Positions 21,056 through 33,549 of a stretch of DNA of 56,648 nt are shown one piece after another (position 1 is the stretch's first letter; each line of letters begins with the position of its first letter). The notes under the pieces were generated by a model, which was given only the letters and a program-made list of their open reading frames with translations, searched no databases and was not told the DNA's origin. A program made the position numbers and the translations under genes. The DNA comes from Prorocentrum cordatum (Eukaryota). Location of the stretch: NCBI GenBank assembly GCA_963575745.1, contig CAUYUJ010000079.1:62001-118648 (forward strand). The letters run 5' to 3'.

Positions 21056-23040
21056 TGTCTACGGTTCTGAGATCGGGAGCGGCCAAAAGAGGAGTGTCCA
21101 AAAAGGGGGGGGGTGCAAATCGTGACCGGCGGCATGTGCGCGGCCCAGCGGGGGGGGGGCCAGGGACGTAATAAAAAAAGAAGAGGCGCCATGAAATCTG
21201 GGGAAATATCATGGCCCCCGTCATGATATCCCCCCCCCCCTAATCATCACCCCCCTCTTTGCCGCCCCAGATGAGAAGGGCCGCCCCTTCCCGGCTTCCC
21301 TCGGCGGTGGACAAACCTCCCTTTCGTAAACCTCCCCTTAGTGCAAACGGCCTGGGACCGAAACCGACGGACCTGGAACCGCAAAAATGACGGCCGCGAC
21401 GCCCTCCAGCGAACCGAAAACGGCCAATTCCTGAATCGGCTAGGGGGCCACATGCGAACCCTACCCCACCCTATCCCTTCAGAAGTCGTGGGGGATAGAG
21501 GTAGGGCTCGCATGTGGCCCCCTATCGACGTGTCAGGGCAGGAGGTCTACCCACCTCCGAGATTCCCCCCCCCCCCGCCGCTCGCCGCCGCATCGCCGCT
21601 GGCCTCAGTGCCGGCGCCTCCCCCTGGCATGCGGCCTTCCGGGGCCCGCCGCCGGGCCCCCGGGGCGACCCACGAGAGCTCGGCCCGGAGCGCAGAGCTG
21701 CCCGCTGGGCAGAGCGCGTGGGAGGGGGGCTGGAACGGGGCGTCGGGCGATGCGACATTCGCCGATTCAAAAACAAAAACACATCGGCCGATTGAAAAAC
21801 AAAAAAACAAAAGCATCGGGGAGTGCGCTCGGTGCGCAGTCTGGGCAGCCCTCCCCAGGGAGGGGGCCGGAACCTCTGGGGCCGCCGACTGAAAACAACA
21901 TTCGCCCGGCGAAGGCCCCAACCAGAGGCAGTTGTGAATGCCACCGTCGGTAGTATCGCCTTCGGTGGATCTCCTCATGGGGCCACGAAGCGCGTGAAGA
22001 GTGTGCCGAAATGGGGCAGGGAGGAGGTCCCTATGGGGCGACGATTGAGAAACGAGAACACATCGTCGGATGTCAGGCAAGCGTGGAGGGGATCGCATTG
22101 GGGGTAGGATGGGCCTGTCTGGCGCTGGGGGGAGGGGGTCGCGTTTGGGAGTGCGCTCGCTGCGCGTGGGGGGGGGCTGGAACGGGGCGTTGGGCGATGC
22201 GACATTGGGGAGGGTGCTCATTGAGCAATCTGGACAACCCTCCGCTTCGACGTGCCCAGCACGCCCTGCAGATCCAGTACTCCATGGAACACGGGGCAAT
22301 GGGAGTATATGATCCAGGGCTGCCCCCCTCAGTGCATATGGGATCGACCCCCCCCGCTGGATAGGTACGCCCGTGAGCCTCGCGAAGGCCTCGCGAATGG
22401 GATCGCTCCCCCCTCTCGCCCCTGTGGTCGTGGCCCCGTGGGCGTGGCGTGGCGGAGGGTGCCGGTCGTGCTCCGACACAGACGTTTCACTGAGGATACC
22501 CCACGTCCAAAGACATTATCTCCTGCCGTTGGAGTCATGGGGCCAGTCGCGAAGGCAATGTGGCACGCAAGGCTACCAGATGCTGATACAGATCTTCACA
22601 GGGCTGGCTGTTCAGTCTCGTGCATGCCGTATTCGCGGAGACCTGATGTTGCTTCAGTACGTGGGCCATCTAGGCACATGTGGCTTGCAAGCAATGGGGA
22701 GCATGACGCTAGAGAGCTATCGATCGCATCCTCAATCTGCAGTCTCCCCAAAACGTATACGTGGACAACCCGATTACCGATGCACAGCCTAACTGGGCGT
22801 ACTTCTGCTTCGTAGCACGGCCGACGCACATCCGCCCATCCTTTTGCAATACCGCGTCGAGGCAATGCCCTGCTCAATGGTTTCATCAACGCCAACACAC
22901 AACTTGGCAAAAAATTGGTCAACAAAATAGTCTGGGTGATTACCGGCAGAGCCCAGTGAAATTCCGTGCCCTCCGCTGACTGACCGACGGAACTGAACTG
23001 CACTGAACTGACTGAACTCTGGAAGGGCACTTTTGACAGG

Positions 23041-24175
23041 ACATTTCAAACTGCCCAGGCGCACCCGCAACCGCAACCAAACGACACATACCAACCCGCC
23101 CGCAGACGCAACCGCAACTGCAACCAAGCGACTCATCTCAACCCGCCTGCGGGCGCAACCGCAACTGCAACCGCAACCAAACGACACATTCCAACCCGCC
23201 CGCGGGCGCAACCGCAACCGAAACGGGGTGACACGTTTCAATCCGCCCGCAGGCGCAACCGTAACCGCAAGCAATTGACACATTTCAGCCCGCCCGCGGG
23301 CGCCACCGGAACCGCAACCAAGCGACACATTTCAACCCGCCCGCGGGTGCAGCTGCAACCGCAACAATAAACAAATGACACATTTAGACCCGAACTCGGG
23401 CGGAACACATTTCAACCAGCCCACAGGCGCAACCGCAAGCGCAACCAAGCGACACATTTCAAACCGCCCGCAGGCGCAACCGCAACCGCAACTGGAACCG
23501 CAATCAAACGACACATTTCAACCCGCCCGCGGGCGCAACCGCAACCGCAACCAAACGACACATACCAACCCGCCCGCGGGCGCAACCGCAACCGCAAGCA
23601 ATTTACACATTTCAGCCCGCCCGCGGGCGCAACCGCAATCGAAAACAAGCGACACGTTTCAACCCGCCTGCGGGCGTAACCACAACCGCAAACAAATGAC
23701 ACATTTCAACCCGCCCGCGGGTACAACCACAACCGCAACCAAGCGACACATTTCAACCCGCCCGCGGGCGCATCCGCAACCGCAACCAAGCGACGCATTT
23801 CAACCCGCCCGCGGGCGCAACCGTAACCGCAACCAAGCGACACATTTCAACCCGCCCGCGGGCGCATCCGCAACCGCAACCAAGCGACGAATTTCAACCC
23901 GCCCGCGGGCGCAACCGCAAGCGCAACTAGGCAACACATTTCTCAAACCGGCCGCGGGCGCAACCGCAACCGCAACCGCAATCGGAACATCAACCAAACT
24001 ACATACTTCAACCCGCCCGCGGGCGCAACCGCAGCCGAATCAAGGCGACACGTTTCAACCCGCCCGCGGGCGCAACCGCATCCGCAACCAAGCGACACAT
24101 TTCAACCCGCCCGCGGGCGCAACCGCAACCGCAAGCGCAACCAGGCGACACATTCCAACCCGCCCGCGGGCGCAT
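23041..24175 (+). repeat. Minisatellite, about 24 units of ~47-53 bp
   Basis: Consensus ACATTTCAACCCGCCCGCGGGC(GCAACC)2-4AAGCGAC. Confidence 0.95.
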
Positions 24176-24409
24176 CTGCCCGAGGAGCAGGAGGTGCAGG
24201 AGCACGAGGAAGACGGAGGAGGAGGGAGAGGAAGAGGAGGAAGCGAGGGAGCGGGAAGAGGAGGATGGGCAGGTCGGCAAGGATGAGGAGGAGGAAGAGG
24301 ACGACGACGACGATGGGGAGGGGCTGCAGGGGTGGTCGTGCTTCAGAGGTTGCAGGGGCAGGTGCTGGAAGAGGAAAGCCAATGGCACGATACGAAGATG
24401 GAGAGCCTA

Positions 24410-24474
24410 GATGATGAGAGGGATGAGGAGGACGATGAGGAGGAGAAGGAGGAGGAGGAAGAGGAGGAGGAGGA

Positions 24475-24505
<31 letters not shown>

Positions 24506-24597
24506 GAGGAGGAGGAGGAGGAAGAGGAGGAGGAGGAGGAGGAGGAGGAGGACGAGGAGGAGGAAGAGGGGGAGGAGGAGGAGGAGGAGGAGGAGGA
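24410..24597. repeat. (GAG)n microsatellite
   Basis: Seen directly. Confidence 0.95.
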
Positions 24598-27500
24598 CGC
24601 TTTGCCCGCGGTTCTCCGCTGGGACATTGCAGCGGGGAATCCCCATTCCAGGCTGCTGCCTCCGATGTTCTGAAGCTCCACGTCTGAAAACGCGATCACT
24701 CGAATCAATGCGAGACGACATCGTGTGGCACAAAATGTTAAACAGCTGTGGATGTAACAAACAAGTAGCGTGCAACGATCCCGACCCAGCTCATGCTCTA
24801 CTCAACGTCCCCGCCCTCGAGCGTGCGCGTCGAACGGAATGTGCTGCCTGGCCCGTGACATCAATGATGATTGACTGTGGCCCTGGACTATCATGATGTC
24901 AGCAGCGCGTGAGGACCTATTGGCTGCGGTGATCAGTTTTGGACGACGACGAGCCCAATGCTGCGTGCCAGCCTTTCTCAGGCAGGGGTGGCCGGACCCA
25001 GGCTGGCCACATGGTCACATGCCAAGTGCCGCAACGGGAGGCTCGCGAAAACGTAGCGCTCGAAAAAGGGCGCCAGCGCGTCAGATGCCAAGAAAGAGCG
25101 CTGCGCTTCTACCACACAGCGGTTGGCATGAAACAAAGACGTCCTGGTGAAAACGTGTCTGGATCCCGAGCTTTCTCGGGGACCACTTTGTCTCCTGAGT
25201 CAACTTTTGCCAGTCCCAGGGCCTGGGGAGGGTCTCTGGAGAACCCCAGATCTGTTCAGGAATACCTTCTGACCAGAATCCACGCCTGCTTCCTGGGCGT
25301 GAGTGGTTAGGAAGTTTCCTCTTCCATCTTCCCACTTTCCCTTCGGGACACGGCTCCTCACCGTTCCCTGTCAATGAACACCCCCTCTCCCAGGCGACCG
25401 GCAGCCAACCAGAAACAATGACAACCCCCACGCACCATCCCTTCAAAAAAGAATGCAACTTACACTTTGGGGCAAAATCGTAGGCTCCGTGAGCATTTTG
25501 CATGGTTTTTGGACAGGGGCGGCGGGGGTTACCATATTGCATGCTGCGCGCAAGGCCACCATCCCGGCCAAAAGACATTCAAGGTACACTCCGCGGTTCG
25601 ATCTGGATCATGCGCGGCCACCCCACGAACATTGTCTAGTGGTTTTTGATGAGGACGGCGGGGGTGCTGGCATATTGCCTGGTGTGTGTAGGCCCACCAA
25701 ACACTAATATGGAATCCCCGCCGCGATTGTACATCGGCTTGCGACAAGGATGGTTGGGGCCGACATGTTTCCTGATGCGTGCTGTCACGTGCGCGGGCGC
25801 ACCTGGCACACTCTGCGCGTGCCCCGACCGTGGCGCACCTGGCGCCGCTGGACCATGCGGCACATATGGCGCACGGTGAGCACATAGCGCATGTTGCGCG
25901 CAAGGCGTGCCTGGCACGCTTGGGATCCAGGGGTGCATAGTGCACCTGGCGCACCTGGCACGCGTGGCGCACCTCGACCCAGCATAGTGCACACGGGGTC
26001 TGTTTTGGTTTCCAGTAGTTGTCCATCCATAGACGACCGCTGAACATGCTGAGGCTCGGGTGCTACTGATGTGTTGGGAGGGCGGGCCCGACAGCAAACG
26101 CTCTCCAAAACCGACAGCGGCCGCTGTTGGGTGGTCAATTGCTTGTCTCGGATGGACCGCATCTGAGACGAGACCAACAGCGAGCCATCTGCAGAATGGC
26201 CAGAAGTGCAGCGGGTCTTCGTCCCCATTCTTTATGTACCAATTCTGATTGTGCTGGCCCAGACATGCGACGTCGTGTTTTTGTCACAACGTGGACCCCC
26301 GAAGGTCTCGATCACTTCTCCAGGATCAGTTTTCAGCCTGGGCTGTTTTTTTCACGGTCTCGAAGCCCTGCGAGGGCCCCTTGAGGCCGAAACCTGCCAA
26401 AGGCCTCACGTCGAGATGTTGTCCTACGACGCGAGCATGTCTGGGGAGCTCCTCTCCCGAGGTCCATCCTGACTCGTTTCTCGCGGTGGGTCCAGCCGTT
26501 GCGACGAGAAGCTGGTCAACTTGGACAGGAATTGATGTCGGTCTTCGTCCCCATTTTTTTCCCTCACGCACTTCGGCCGTGCCGAGTCAACAGGCTCGGC
26601 GGCGGGCCAAGGGGGGAATGGAGAGGGGGCAGGTCGTCTCAGAAAGCGGCGGGGTTTCTCAGATGTCCTCGCGCCGTCTGATCTGGACGCCCGAAAAGGG
26701 CATGGACAACATGGGTACAATACCCAACAACAAATCTTGTCCCAAATCAACAGCGGCCGCTGTTGGGCAGGCACTGCTGTTGGGCATTGTACCCGTTCTT
26801 TCCGTACCAAATTCGATCGTACCGAGCTGAGAAGCCTCCTGAGCCTTCTTCGAAGGCAGGGAGAGTGGACAAGCGCGTTCCTCCACTTGCACAATAGCTA
26901 CTCGCACACGGCCTGGATCCGCCGCGGGGGATTTACGATGTATTACATGGGCGATTTCGGAAACCCTGAACCCAAAAACGTTTTCATCTCTTGCCGCCGG
27001 CTTCCGCCAGCGGAGGCGGCCTCGTTTTACTTCCGCTGACCTTCCGCCGCGGAAGAGATGACAACTCCTTCGATCCTCGAAGGCAAGGCCCTTTTCGGAA
27101 CGCCGCACATAGTGGAGGACATCTGTTTCGTACGTTTGCGAGTCGGCGTTTTGCGAGTAGTGGAACGCGCTCGGCGAGAGAGGCGGCTTCCCAGCAGGCG
27201 CGGGGGGCTTCAAAGGAAGCCCCGCCGCCTCCCGAGGCACCCGCCTGGCGCTCTCCCGTGCCCCCCCCCTCGGAGGCCCGCCATCCTCCAGGAGAAGCCG
27301 GCGCCCTCCGCGGGAGACCACGGAGCACTCCCCGCGGGAGAGCACCAGATACAGCAAAACCATCGAAGCCCAAGAAACCCAGGGCACCCTGGAGGCGAGC
27401 AGGGTGTTTCTTGGCATGGGCCCCCTCTGTAGCGCCGCATCGCTGATGCGCATGGCGATGCGGCGCGACCCTCCGACACCATCCTGAGGGCGAACGACAG

Positions 27501-28005
27501 GGGGGGGACTGGCTCAGGGGGGGGGGGGGGGGGGAAAAACATCGAGCTTGAATCGGCGAGACATGCAGTAGAGGCCCGACCACAAGAAACCTTCCACAAG
27601 AAACCCAACCCTGAGACCCCAGGACCCCCAGTGAATTTTGGCGTGGGAACGTCGCGCTGCCCATCGCAGAACCGTCGAGACCTAAGAAACCCAGGGCACC
27701 CTAAATGGGCCCCCACTGTACAACCGAGTGCCCCTGACATAAAGGAAGACACGTACAATAGAAACGGCATTAGCAGAAACTGTTGGAGGTCCGCGCGGAA
27801 TTCCTGGATCTGCGCTGAATCCCCTTCCCTGGCGCGCGGAGCGCGCCAGGGGCGGCGCCGGAGGCGTCGCATAGGAGCTCCAGCGCAAATCAAACAAACC
27901 CGCGAGGAGCCCGAACAGTTTATGTTCATGCCGCTGCTCCTTCTTCGCAGACCAAAACATATGTTGCCGCAATGTTGCCTGATTCGTCCGTGGCGGGGAG
28001 GAACA

Positions 28006-28261
28006 ACTCCTCCTCCTCCTCCTCCTCCTCCTCCTCCTCTCCTCCTCCTCTCCTCCTCCTCCTCCTCTCCTCCTCCCCTCCTCCTCCTCCTCCTCCTCCT
28101 CCTCCTCCTCCTCCTCCTCCTCCTCCTCCTCCTCCGCCTCCTCCTCCTCCTCCTCCTCCATCTCCTCCTCCTCCTCCTCCTCCTCCTCCTCCTCTCCTCC
28201 TCCTCCTCCTCCTCCTCCTCCTCCTCCTCCTCCTCCTCCTCCTCCTCCTCCTCCTCCTCCT
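28006..28261. repeat. (CTC)n microsatellite
   Basis: Seen directly. Confidence 0.95.
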
Positions 28262-28618
28262 CACTCGGGCACATGGCTTAGGGATATGTGCTTCTGGTGC
28301 GCGGTCGCCAGACCCATGGATCTGGACCTGGGAGGGGAGCCCCGAGCACTGGCGCCGGTGCCGCCCGAGTTGGCGGTGGAGCGCGCCGATCCCGCATAGA
28401 GAAGAATGACCCGCCGCCGATCCGCGCGCGGGGCACTGGAGAAGGAACCGTTGGACCCGGAAGCCCGGGCCCGGAAGCCGGTGGAAAACCAATCGTGGAT
28501 TGGCCATGGATATCACCGCCGCCCTCATCAGATAAGGATATCCTCCAGGGTCTGCAGCCTCCTGGGCACACTCCTCCACGGAAGCCCCCCACCGTGATCC
28601 ATGCTCGCGCTTTCTCGG

Positions 28619-28817
28619 CTCCAGAGGAACAGAAAGCGACATAAACATAAACTTTCGCCGCTCTGCGCAGATTTCCCGGATCTACGCCGAACCCCATCCC
28701 TGGCGCGCGGAGCGCGCCAGAGGCGCCGCCAGGGGCGCCGCCAGGGGGCTCCGGCGCCGATCCAAGAAATCCACACGGAGCGCCAAAAGTTTATGTTTCT
28801 GCCGTTCTTCCTCCGAG
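28619..28817. mobile_element. ~200-bp palindromic MITE-like element, with a degenerate sister copy at ~27740-27945
   Basis: AAACATAAACTTTCGCCGCTC..GATTTCCCGGATC pairs with GATCCAAGAAATC..GAGCGCCAAAAGTTTATGTTT. The core CCCTGGCGCGCGGAGCGCGCCAG is shared with 27827-27849. Confidence 0.7.
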
Positions 28818-29360
28818 TAATCCATGCTTGCGCTTCCGCTACTCACCACTCCTGAAGGGGCCCAGGGACAGACAAATGGATAGACACAACATTACCCCCT
28901 CGATTCCCATACTTTCTGGGTTTTCGTCTTCCCCTCCACCTCCTACAGTCAACCAGTATAGTGAGGATGCGCGATAAGGACGCAAGGGCCTTAGACGCCC
29001 ATTTCGACGCTTTTCGAGAGGGGCGCGGCCAGCGAAAGCGGCGAAGGACGGACCGAGGAGGCAAGGATGAAAGGGTACCCTCGGGGAGGCTGCCCACCCT
29101 TCCTGTGCGGGTTGACGGCGTACTTTTTCATAGCTTCCTGGGAATCGACGCCTACTTTCTTCTTCCTGTTAATCCCCCTCCCGAGCTCAACCAGTCCCTC
29201 CTCGCCTCCACCCCGGGCCCGCGGCCGACGGACACCGGACGCGGCGCGCGGCCCGGGGGCCGACGCGGGCGGCCGGCGGCCCCCTGTCGCGGAGCCCCCC
29301 TGCTCAGGAGCACGGGGTACCGGCGGTGCCTCCGCGGCTGGAGGCGGCCGACCTCGGCAA

Positions 29361-29518
29361 GGGAGGGGGAGGAGGAGGAGGAGGAGGAGGAGGAGGAGGA
29401 GGAGGAGGAGGAGGAGGAGGAGGAGGAGGAGGAGGAGGAGGAGGAGTAGGAGGAGGAGTTGTGGAGGAGGAGGAGGAGGAGGAGGAGGAGCAGGAGGAGG
29501 AGGAGGAGTTGTGGAGGG
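29361..29518. repeat. (GAG)n microsatellite
   Basis: Seen directly. Confidence 0.95.
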
Positions 29519-30852
29519 GGGCGGGCGGGCGGGCGGGCGGGGCGGCCATCGTGCTGCCGACCGGAGCGTCGAGCGTACGGTAAGGTCAAAACGTGTATCA
29601 AGGACGGGTTGCAAGGACGCAAGACCCTTGGAGGCCGAAGTTGGGATTCTTCGGGCGACGGGCGACCAGGGCGGGCCGCAGAGGCAAGAACAGAAGGGTA
29701 CCCCAGATGAAGACGCGCGTCCTTACTAGGCGCGTCAACTGTAGGCTCGTACGGCACGCGCAAAGTTTCTTGACACCGCGTCGATCGGTCCACCTTGAAT
29801 CGATCGTGTCCCCGATCGTTCATGATGATGCTGCTGCTGCTGATGATGATGACGCTGATGATGATAATGAGGAGGAGCTAGGAGGATGATGGTGGTGGTG
29901 ATGACGGATGCACCTTTCTTGCTGAAACATTGGTGTTTCGTGACGCGGGTATGTCTTGACCCCGTGGGACTCCGCACACCCTGGAATGGCCTCGCGTGCC
30001 GAGCGCTCTGGGCCAAGAGGCGAACGGAACTGCCACCAGACACGCGCGAGGGAACCTTGCACGAAATGGTCGTAATGCCCTCTGGCCCCTGTGAAGGGGC
30101 CCTGGGACACACAAATAAATACAAACAACTAAAAGGATTCTCCATATTTTCCTATATGTTCTGGGTTTCTGTCTTCCCCCCCCACTGCCCATATTTCCCC
30201 ACATGTTCTGGGGAATCGACGATTACTTGTGTCTGTGTGTTTCTCCTCCCCCTGACCCTGGCCCGCGCAAAAGCTGCCAATCGAGCCCGGTGGCGCTACG
30301 CACCGCGTCCCTCGGTGCTTCCCGCGCCGCAGCTCTCATCCCCGAGCGCCCCCGCCTCTCCTGAGCGGCTTTGCCGCACGCACGCACACCTGCTGCGAAA
30401 GAGGAACGACGGGGGGGCGCTGCTGTGGCCGCGACGGGCCCTCCTCCCTCCTCCTCCTCCTCCTCCTCCTCCCCCCCTCCTCCTCCTCCTCCTCCTCCTC
30501 CTCCTCCCCCCTCCTCCTCCCCCTCCTTCCTCGCGGGGGGGGGGGGCCCTCGGAGGCTCGACGGGCGGCGGAGCGGAGGAGGCGCTGGCGTGCGCGGGAG
30601 CGGCGCGGAGCCAGAGCCCCTCCCGGGCCGGCGCGTGTGGCGGCCGGAGGGGAGGGCCCAGGGAGTGTCAAGGGGCCGCGAAGAGCAGCTCGCGCAGTCC
30701 CGAGAGCAGCCGTCGCAAGAACCACCCTCTCGCACCGCGCGAGCCCCCTTCTTGCATCACAGGAGCGACTCGTCCTGTCATACGAACGGCTCACGGAATC
30801 GCAAGAACGGACAACTCTCGGCGTCGAGCGAGGGGGGAAGTGAGAAGGAGAG

Positions 30853-30980
30853 GGCCTTCTCTGAATGTTCGGAAGTCCCCTGGCCTTCTATGAAGTTTTC
30901 TAAGCCTTCCCCGAAGACAGAAGCAACTTCTCAGAGGGCGCGAGGGCTTCTGAGAAGTCCCGCCGCCTTCTGGGAAGGCC
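30853..30980 (-). mobile_element. ~130-bp MITE-like repeat, copy 2 (inverted relative to 20743-20870)
   Basis: Reverse complement reads GGCCTTCCCAGAAGGCGGCGGGACTTCTCAGAAGCCCTCGCGCC.., matching copy 1. Confidence 0.7.
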
Positions 30981-31152
30981 TTCATCCTTCTCACTTCCTG
31001 GGATCCCCCCCTCGCGCGTCGTGAAAAACGGCGGCCAGGAGGTCTTCGGGGGGCAGCAGACGCCACGCGCGGCGCGCAGTAAGGAGGAGCGGGGGGGCGC
31101 TCCTGGCCACGGCAAGCCTGGGCCACCACTGGCGGCCCCGACCTGGATCTCG

Positions 31153-32545
<1,393 letters not shown>

Positions 32546-32559
32546 GAATAATATGGTGA

Positions 32560-32934
32560 TGAGCAGAAGGATTTTCCAAGGGACTTTCCCAATCAGACGG
32601 TGGCTGGACGGATGGGGCTCTCTGGGGGACTTGTTTTGAGTGGCCTCCCTTGAAACACGCGAGACATAACCCAACTCCCGATTTTAGAAGAGGTGAGCTA
32701 GCTTCCGAGAGGCCTCTGAGGTGTCCCCTCCCTTCCAAAGCCCGACAACCACACTTGATGCAGATCCAGTACGGCCCGTAGAAGGCGAGCTCATGGGATG
32801 CATGGCCGCCTCTGGTCCCCAAGGCAAGCTGGGTGTGGCGCGGCTGATTGGAAGGCCGGCCTGGGCACTCTCGGGAAATCCATTCGCTCATGACTTGTTT
32901 ACATGCTATGTTGCTGACCGAGCTGCGGCAATCA
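32560..32934 (-). pseudogene. Probable C-terminal Cys/His fragment of a LINE ORF2 (5'-truncated insertion)
   Basis: HASHELAFYGPYWICIKCG...LRGL reading, embedded between two GAG arrays. The assignment is by resemblance only. Confidence 0.45.
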
Positions 32935-33462
32935 ATGAGGAGGAAGAGGAGGAGGAGGAGGAGGAGGAGGAGGAGGAGGAGCAAGAGGGGGGTGAGGAGG
33001 AGGAGGAGGAGGAGGAGGAGGAGGAGGAGAGGAGGAGGAGGAGGAGGCGGGGTAGGAGGAGGAGGACGAGAAGGAGGAGAAGGAGGAATATGAAGATGAT
33101 GATGTATAGGATGATGCGAATGAGGAGGAGGAGGAAGGAGGAGGAGGAGGAGGAGGAGGGAGGAGGAGGAGGAGGCGGGGAGGCGGGGGACGAGGAGAAG
33201 GAGGAGGAGGAGGAGAAGGAGGAGGAAGATGTGGATGAGGAGGCGGATGATGAGGAGGAGGAGAATGAGGGAGAGGATGAAGAGGATGAGGAAGATGAAA
33301 AGGAGGAGGAAAAGGAGGAGGCGGAGGAGACGGAGGAGGAGGAGTTGTGGAGGAGGAGGAGGAGGAGGAGGAGGGGGAGGAAGGGGAGGAGGAGGAGGAA
33401 GAGGATGCTGCTGCTTCTGCTGATGATGTTGTTGTTGATGATGGCGGTGATGGTGATGGTGA
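32935..33462. repeat. (GAG)/(GAT) microsatellite
   Basis: Seen directly. Confidence 0.95.
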
Positions 33463-33549
33463 TCGCACGTAGCTTCGCGCAACGCGTCCTTTGTCCCAGG
33501 CCATTAGCGAGCGACCCGGACTCCAAGGTGATCGTTGTAAAATGAATCA

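Noticed and set aside
23041..24175. CRISPR-like regular repeat array
   Set aside because: The between-repeat segments are GCAACC subrepeats rather than unique spacers. There are no cas genes and the context is eukaryotic.
23375..24286. 303-aa repetitive ORF
   Set aside because: Translation of the minisatellite; no evidence of coding selection.
28266..28283. Possible further SL relic (CACATGGCTTAGG) at a CTC array border
   Set aside because: Too degenerate, and no ORF or element follows it.
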